Virus record (IMG/VR): IMGVR_UViG_3300006076_000615
Location: 1-29,747 of that record
Length of the DNA stretch: 29,747 nucleotides
From: a virus
Lineage: Duplodnaviria; Caudoviricetes
Strand: one strand, 5' to 3'
Shown: piece after piece, positions 24,475-29,747 of the stretch
Layout of the letters: each line of letters begins with the position of its first letter
Position numbering within the stretch: the stretch's first letter is position 1
Translations under genes and position numbers: made by a program
Notes under the pieces: model-generated
What the model saw: the letters and a program-made list of their open reading frames with translations, nothing else
Told to the model about the DNA's origin: nothing
Databases searched by the model: none

Positions 24475-24569
24475 ACACCCCTATCTACTGCCGCACCTCC
24501 GGCAAGCGCATCGGCACCTGCTGCTGCCTGCGCTGCAACCCGCCCCAGGAGCCAGCACCATGCCCCTGA
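24471..24569 (+). CDS. Tiny Cys-rich protein (32 aa)
   Basis: Manual translation MNTPIYCRTSGKRIGTCCCLRCNPPQEPAPCP; fills the gap with overlaps; SD AGGTG. Confidence 0.5.
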   Translation: MNTPIYCRTSGKRIGTCCCLRCNPPQEPAPCP

Positions 24570-24769
24570 CCCTGAACTCCTGGCACGCCACCAACCGGCC
24601 AGCCTGGCATCCGCACACAGTCTCCATCAGCGGCGAGAGCCCCATCAAAACCATAAACGGCTACTACACAGCCGCCGAGCTTCGGGCCATAGCGCGCCAG
24701 CTCATCACCATTGCCAACGACTCTGACCAGGGCGAAACCGGCCCGGCCACCTACACCGTCGAGGACTGA
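24560..24769 (+). CDS. Hypothetical phage protein
   Basis: SD AGGAG. Confidence 0.65.
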   Translation: MPLTLNSWHATNRPAWHPHTVSISGESPIKTINGYYTAAELRAIARQLITIANDSDQGETGPATYTVED

Positions 24770-24772
24770 CCC

Positions 24773-25177
24773 ATGCTCCCACTGATCTACGTGGCCGGAC
24801 CCTACCGGGCGGCCACACGGGATGATATTGCCCGCAACATCGACGCCGCCCGCGTGGTCGGCATCAGCGCCGCCGCCCTTGGCTGGTTCCCCGTCATCCC
24901 CCACGCCAACACCGCCCACATGGAGGTCGACCTGCCCGATCTTGGCGACGACTTCTGGCTTCGCGGCACCATGGAAATGATGGAGCGGTGCGACGCTGTG
25001 GTGCTCGTGCCAGGCTGGGAGAACAGCGCCGGTACCAAAGCCGAAATGGCCCGCTCCGACGCCCTGCGCATCCCCATCTTCCGCAACCTCGACACCCTCC
25101 CCAGCGCCCGCGCCTTCATCGAATGGCTCCACGCCAACGAAGCCCGCGCCAGCCGCCTGCACGCCGCGAAGGCCTGA
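24773..25177 (+). CDS. N-deoxyribosyltransferase-like protein (DUF4406/DUF1937-type)
   Basis: IYVAGPY...CDAVVLVPGWENSAGTKAE. Confidence 0.75.
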   Translation: MLPLIYVAGPYRAATRDDIARNIDAARVVGISAAALGWFPVIPHANTAHMEVDLPDLGDDFWLRGTMEMMERCDAVVLVPGWENSAGTKAEMARSDALRIPIFRNLDTLPSARAFIEWLHANEARASRLHAAKA

Positions 25178-25277
25178 CCGTGCGCCTTCGCCTGGTCACC
25201 GGCTGCTGCTACTGCGGCAGCAATAGCCACAACACGGCCCAGTGCACCTGGAACAACCCGAATATCTGGAGCACGAC

Positions 25278-26099
25278 ATGAGCGAACAGAACAAAGATGC
25301 GGAGCTGTTGCCGTGCCCGTTTTGCGGTGATGTGCCGCAACTTCCAAGCGGCGACGGAACGCAATACGAAATTGAGTGCGGCGGGTGCGGCCAGGCAATG
25401 GCAAGCGTGCAAATCTGCGACCTGATGACAATTGAAGAGCGCGCTGAGGAGTCGTTTTCCAATTACCGCTACCAAGAGCAGTACGTAGAGCGCGCAAGGA
25501 TAGAGGCGACTAAGCGCTGGAACGAGCGAGCCAGCCTGCCGGTGGGTGTGCCGGATGCAAATGCTCTGCGCCGTTCAATCAGCCACTACGAAGCGGCATT
25601 GCAGGCTGCCTTCCCGTCGGGCGCACCGGGTCACGTATCGCTGCAGTGGAACGAAGCTCGCAGGCAATCTGCCGCCCCGACCGTCAAGGCTGAGCAGGTG
25701 GATTGCCTGTACTGCCAAGGTCACGGCGACGTGACGCGCATATCTGGCCAGACTGCCGAGTACAACGAAGAATGCCCGGAGTGCAAAGGAACCGGCTTAG
25801 CCCCCTCCCTGCCGGCTGCTGGATCGGCTGATATACCAGAGCCTGACTTCGCCCTAGATGGCGGCAGTCAGCCCTGCTACTACGCAGAGACCGTGCAGCG
25901 CATTGTCGCCGCCCTTTCCGCGCATCAGTCCGCGCATGTGAGCGTGCCGAGGGAGTTGCTGCAAGACCTACGCGACTTAGCCTCTGAAGCAGTTGACCAC
26001 CACCGCCAGGCGTTCGCAGGCTACAAGCTGGAGCGCCAAGCGAACATGGATCAGGTGATAGCCAACGCTGACGCCCTTCTCAATGGGGGTGAGGCATGA
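25278..26099 (+). CDS. Lar-family restriction-alleviation-like zinc-finger mosaic protein
   Basis: N-terminal LLPCPFCG..ECGGC..A.KRWNER; second finger CLYCQGHG/CPECKGTG; start moved to ATG 25278. Confidence 0.65.
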   Translation: MSEQNKDAELLPCPFCGDVPQLPSGDGTQYEIECGGCGQAMASVQICDLMTIEERAEESFSNYRYQEQYVERARIEATKRWNERASLPVGVPDANALRRSISHYEAALQAAFPSGAPGHVSLQWNEARRQSAAPTVKAEQVDCLYCQGHGDVTRISGQTAEYNEECPECKGTGLAPSLPAAGSADIPEPDFALDGGSQPCYYAETVQRIVAALSAHQSAHVSVPRELLQDLRDLASEAVDHHRQAFAGYKLERQANMDQVIANADALLNGGEA

Positions 26100-26329
26100 G
26101 CGACTTCGAGCGAGAGGTGAGCGAAAGCGCGCGTGGATGGATGCGCACGCTTGGCAACTTTTCACCAGTAGTCAACCCGGATTACCGCGAGGTCAAGGGG
26201 TCGATGCTTGGCGAATACGGAGACGCCGAGAAAACATATTTCAGCAGTAAAGAGCTGCGCGAACTTGCGGCGGCCTGTTCAGAGGTCGCGGATTGGCTGG
26301 ATAAGCGCGCAGGAGGTAAAGATGAGTGA
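26096..26329 (+). CDS. Hypothetical phage protein
   Basis: ATGA overlap; SD GAGG. Confidence 0.65.
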   Translation: MSDFEREVSESARGWMRTLGNFSPVVNPDYREVKGSMLGEYGDAEKTYFSSKELRELAAACSEVADWLDKRAGGKDE

Positions 26330-26603
26330 GCAGATTGAGGCGCTGCGCGCAGAGGCCGAGGCGCTGCGGGCTGAGAATGCCAAATTGCGCACGGCACTCG
26401 CCGAGCAGGGAGAGCGGCAGGAGGCGAGCCAGGACGTGCGGGGGCTGGTGGAGGCGCTAGAAAATTGCGCAGCAGCGCTCGCGTGGAACTGCTTCGGAGA
26501 GTGTCGAGCTATACACGCGGGGCCAATCATGCCAGCAGCCATGGCATTAGATACGGCCCGCACCGCCCTCGCAGCCCACCGCCAGGCGCAACGCCAGGCC
26601 TGA
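26322..26603 (+). CDS. Hypothetical coiled-coil protein
   Basis: SD AGGAGG before MSEQIEAL. Confidence 0.65.
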   Translation: MSEQIEALRAEAEALRAENAKLRTALAEQGERQEASQDVRGLVEALENCAAALAWNCFGECRAIHAGPIMPAAMALDTARTALAAHRQAQRQA

Positions 26604-26660
26604 TCCACCCCACCCCATCCCCTTTCTATCTGCCCACAACGTAGGGCGGGAGGATTTGCT

Positions 26661-28355
26661 GTGTCCGCTATTCAACAGGTCAGCCGTTCAGAGCTGATAG
26701 AGGAAATCGAACCATTCTTCGCGCCTATGTCTGCCGACCTAGTGGACAGCCTGATCGGCCAGTACAACGCTGCCCGCGCCAACGTCGAAGCCCTGGCGGC
26801 TGCCGTGCGCGCTGGCCAGAACGCATCAGTGCTGCACTACTTCGTCGAGGGCAACGTCAAAGAGCAGCGCCATAGCATGCCGACCACGGTCGATGCGCTT
26901 TTCCGCGTCGAAGGCGCTATCGCCCAGCTCAACGCCGACTTCTGGAGCCGCGCGCTGCGCCTGACTGATGTGATGGACTACATGCCGCATGCGCGCCGCG
27001 ACGAGTGGCATGAGCAGATCCGCAACCCGGAGGGGCGCAAGGCGAGCAAGCACACCGGCGAGAAGGACATGCCGGCGCTGCCGGAGTTCGAAGAAGCCAC
27101 TGTCCGTTCTACCTTGGCCGGACTGCTGAACAACCGCGCCCAGTTCTTTGGCGAGCGTGTTGACGGGATCTTCCGTGCGCTGAGCCGCGAGCATGTAACC
27201 AACTGCCCGCAAGGCTTCAACAAGCGGATGATCCTGCTGCGAGCCATCACCAGCTACGGCACTGTCGACCACAGCACTGCCGGCGTGATCAACGACCTGC
27301 GCTGCGTGATCGCCAAGTTCATGGGGCGCGATGAGCCGAAGCACTGCGGCACCGATCCGGTGATTAAGGCCGCCAGGCGGCGCAACGGCGAGTGGCAGAA
27401 CGTCGACGGTGGCGCACTGCGCATCCGGGTTTATGGCGGCGTCGGCACCGCGCACCTCGAAGTCCACCCGGACATGGCCTGGCGCCTGAATGCCATCCTG
27501 TCCAGCCTATACCCGCTCGCCATCCCGGCCGAGTTTCGCACCAAGCCGAAGCGCGCTCGCAAGATCAAAGACTTCGAGCTTTTCGACCGGCCGCTGCCAT
27601 TCGTGGTGGTCGCCCAGCTGGCGGCCATGCGCGAAGGATGGCGCAAGGGCAAGGACGGCTGGCGTGATATCCATATCGCCATCCCGAACACCCGCTGCTT
27701 CGACTATGGCGCCTACGACAAGGCCGCCCGCAAGCAGGCCGAGGACGTTCTGCGCGCCATCGGCGGCGTGTGGGTGGATAGCGTGGCCGGTGAGCGCGTG
27801 CAGCACTGGCAGTTCGACTACGACCCGACCGAGGTGCTGGATATGGTGGTTTGCTCAGGCTGTATACCTGACCACAAGTCGCACCAGTTCTACCCGACGC
27901 CCGAGAGCATTGCGGCGCTGGCTGTCGAACTGGCGCAGATAGGCCCGGATCATTACTGCCTGGAGCCGAGCGCCGGCCAGGGCGGCCTAGCCGACATGAT
28001 GCCGAGCACTCGCACCATCTGCGTCGAGATCAGCGACCTGCATTGCCAGATACTCAAGGCTAAAGGCTACGCGACCGTACAGGCGGACTTCCTGAAGTTC
28101 ACCAGCGATAAGCCGTTCGACCGGATCGTCATGAACCCGCCATTCAGCGAAGGCCGCTGGCAGGCGCACCTGGAGCACGCGGCGAGCATGCTGGCTGCTG
28201 ATGGACGCCTGGTCGCCATCCTGCCGGCCAGCGCCAAGGGCAAGCCAGTGCTGGAAGGCTTCGACCACCAGTATTCGGCAGTGCTGGAGAACCAGTTCGC
28301 CGGCACCAGTGTTGATGTCGTGATATTGGCCGCACAGAGGAGTAACGCCGCATGA
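26661..28355 (+). CDS. DUF4942-like domain fused to an amino (N6-adenine-type) DNA methyltransferase
   Basis: QFYPTP, LEPSAGQG, VEIS, DFL, MNPPF, GRLVAILP; GTG start with SD GGAGG. Confidence 0.88.
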   Translation: MSAIQQVSRSELIEEIEPFFAPMSADLVDSLIGQYNAARANVEALAAAVRAGQNASVLHYFVEGNVKEQRHSMPTTVDALFRVEGAIAQLNADFWSRALRLTDVMDYMPHARRDEWHEQIRNPEGRKASKHTGEKDMPALPEFEEATVRSTLAGLLNNRAQFFGERVDGIFRALSREHVTNCPQGFNKRMILLRAITSYGTVDHSTAGVINDLRCVIAKFMGRDEPKHCGTDPVIKAARRRNGEWQNVDGGALRIRVYGGVGTAHLEVHPDMAWRLNAILSSLYPLAIPAEFRTKPKRARKIKDFELFDRPLPFVVVAQLAAMREGWRKGKDGWRDIHIAIPNTRCFDYGAYDKAARKQAEDVLRAIGGVWVDSVAGERVQHWQFDYDPTEVLDMVVCSGCIPDHKSHQFYPTPESIAALAVELAQIGPDHYCLEPSAGQGGLADMMPSTRTICVEISDLHCQILKAKGYATVQADFLKFTSDKPFDRIVMNPPFSEGRWQAHLEHAASMLAADGRLVAILPASAKGKPVLEGFDHQYSAVLENQFAGTSVDVVILAAQRSNAA

Positions 28356-28393
28356 AACTGATCACGCTTGAGAAGTGGACGGGGGTGATGTGA
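28352..28393 (+). pseudogene. Possible N-terminal remnant of a lambda-type excisionase
   Basis: MKLITLEKWTGVM* resembles the Xis start (MYLTLQEW); only 13 residues. Confidence 0.3.
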
Positions 28394-28713
28394 TGGCCGA
28401 CGGCAAGGATCACTACAGCGAGAAAGAGTTTGCCGAGCTGATCGGCACCACCGTGCGCGCACTGCAGGCCAGGCGCGCCCGTGGTCAGCTACCCGAAGGC
28501 GTCTGGAACAAGCAGGGACGCCAAACCATCTACAGCAAACGGAGATACTACGAATGGCTGGAAAGCCAGTGGATATGCCCACCGGGGTGGAAATCTTCCG
28601 CAAGTCAATCCGCATCCGCTTCACCTGGAACGGTCGTCGGTGCAGTGAAACTCTCCCCTATCCCGTCACGCAGAAAGGGATCGCGGCTGCCTCCAAGCTT
28701 AGAGATCAGGTAG
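28393..28713 (+). CDS. xis: Excisionase/RDF-like winged-helix protein
   Basis: YSEKEFAELIGTTVRALQARR..G...EGVW....RYYEW; overlaps the int 5' end. Confidence 0.7.
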   Translation: MADGKDHYSEKEFAELIGTTVRALQARRARGQLPEGVWNKQGRQTIYSKRRYYEWLESQWICPPGWKSSASQSASASPGTVVGAVKLSPIPSRRKGSRLPPSLEIR

Positions 28714-29747
28714 TCAACCTGATCAAGCTGGGGCTGATGGACGATGCGAAGTATGCCGAGCTGTTCCCTGGCTCGGCGCTTCCATCGGGCGGGATTCCGG
28801 GCTTTGGCGAATACGCCCAGCTTTGGCTGGACTCCAGAGAGATAACATCAGGCACACGGCTCAACTACAAGAGCGCGCTGAACATCTACTGGATGCCGCA
28901 CCTGGCATTGACGCGGATTGACCTGATCACGCCAACGCTTCTGCGCCGGATCGTGGCGGGCACTGAGTGGACATCGCCAGGGGTGAAGCGCAACGCCATC
29001 GTGAAGCTGGCGGCAATCATGAGATCAGCCGTAGGCGATGGGCTTCTGCAGAAGAACCCGGCCGAGGCCATGGAACTGCCGAAGCGCACCAAGAAAGAGG
29101 TCGACCCGTTTCAACTGTCAGAGGCTGAGCGGATCATTGATCGCCTCTACCAGACCGAGCATTGGCCCAGCCTGATCTATGCGGCGCTGTTCGAGTTCCT
29201 GTTTTTCACCGGGCTGCGCATATCCGAAGCGCTGGCGCTGCAGTGGCAGGATGTGGACTGGTCGCGCCGCACCGTCCATGTGCGCCGCACGGTAGCCCTG
29301 GGCGAGCTGGAAGAGCGCACAAAGACCGGTAGTGATCGGTTCGTGCTGCTGAATCAGCGGGCATTACGGGCGCTATGGTTCGCCAAGGCCTACGCCGACC
29401 GTCGCCTGCTCGGCGTTGGACGGGTCACGTCTACCCCGCATGTATTCCCGCCGTCAAAGGGCCAGGTACACGTTAAACAGACATCCAACGTGCACCACCA
29501 GTGGCGCCCCACCCTGCAGGCACTGGGCATTCGCTACAGGCCGCCATACAACTGCCGTCACACCTATGCGACAATGTGCCTAATGTCAGGCCTCAACCCC
29601 GCATTTATCGCTCAGCAGCTCGGCCACTCCGTGCAAATGCTGCTCTCAACATACGCGCGCTGGATCAACTCAACCTCTGACTGGGGTGAGCTGGAAAAAC
29701 TCGAAAACGGTATCAAATTGGTATCGGAGCAAACCAGGCGTCTCTAA
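28554..29747 (+). CDS. int: Phage integrase (tyrosine recombinase with arm-binding domain)
   Basis: MPTGVE...IRIRFTWNGRR arm domain; TGLRISE, TKT, YNCRHTYAT, QLGHS, STYARW. Confidence 0.96.
   Translation: MAGKPVDMPTGVEIFRKSIRIRFTWNGRRCSETLPYPVTQKGIAAASKLRDQVVNLIKLGLMDDAKYAELFPGSALPSGGIPGFGEYAQLWLDSREITSGTRLNYKSALNIYWMPHLALTRIDLITPTLLRRIVAGTEWTSPGVKRNAIVKLAAIMRSAVGDGLLQKNPAEAMELPKRTKKEVDPFQLSEAERIIDRLYQTEHWPSLIYAALFEFLFFTGLRISEALALQWQDVDWSRRTVHVRRTVALGELEERTKTGSDRFVLLNQRALRALWFAKAYADRRLLGVGRVTSTPHVFPPSKGQVHVKQTSNVHHQWRPTLQALGIRYRPPYNCRHTYATMCLMSGLNPAFIAQQLGHSVQMLLSTYARWINSTSDWGELEKLENGIKLVSEQTRRL

Larger units (their letters stand above)
1..29747. mobile_element. Lambdoid/HK97-like temperate (pro)phage segment, from major capsid gene to integrase
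   Basis: Canonical order head genes - terminase - HNH - holins - Q position - nin - replication - cro/cI - early left operon - xis/int; no host genes recognised. Confidence 0.97.

Noticed and set aside
29708-29725. GGTATC direct repeat at the int 3' end as the att site
   Set aside because: Could be an arm-type site, but the att core needs flanking sequence beyond the window

Overview
Roughly 30 kb of a lambdoid/HK97-like temperate phage or prophage. The host is probably Pseudomonas (inferred from high GC and the gene families). The minus strand (1-13870) carries cro, a cII-like gene, a Rha-KilAC antirepressor, replication genes, a second tyrosine recombinase, nin-like genes, a Q-position regulator, two holin-like genes, HNH, terS, terL, portal, a ClpP-like protease and the major capsid gene (cut off at the window edge). 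The plus strand carries cI followed by a nucleotidyltransferase/unknown gene pair at the rexAB position, then a long pL operon ending in xis-int. The main finding is a complete diversity-generating retroelement (DGR) in the early pL operon: two tandem small C-type-lectin-like target genes, avd, a template repeat (TR) and a reverse transcriptase. Its two variable repeats differ from the TR only at adenines (14 and 13 changes in 100 nt). It sits directly behind an anti-CBASS Acb2 homologue rather than at a tail fibre gene, which suggests it diversifies intracellular, possibly counter-defence, proteins. Also seen: five TTAGC-N5-GCTAA operators, a candidate sar-like antisense RNA, a structured pL leader, and a capsid protein with a membrane-like N-terminal extension. 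Family assignments come from motif recognition and recall; no database search was run.
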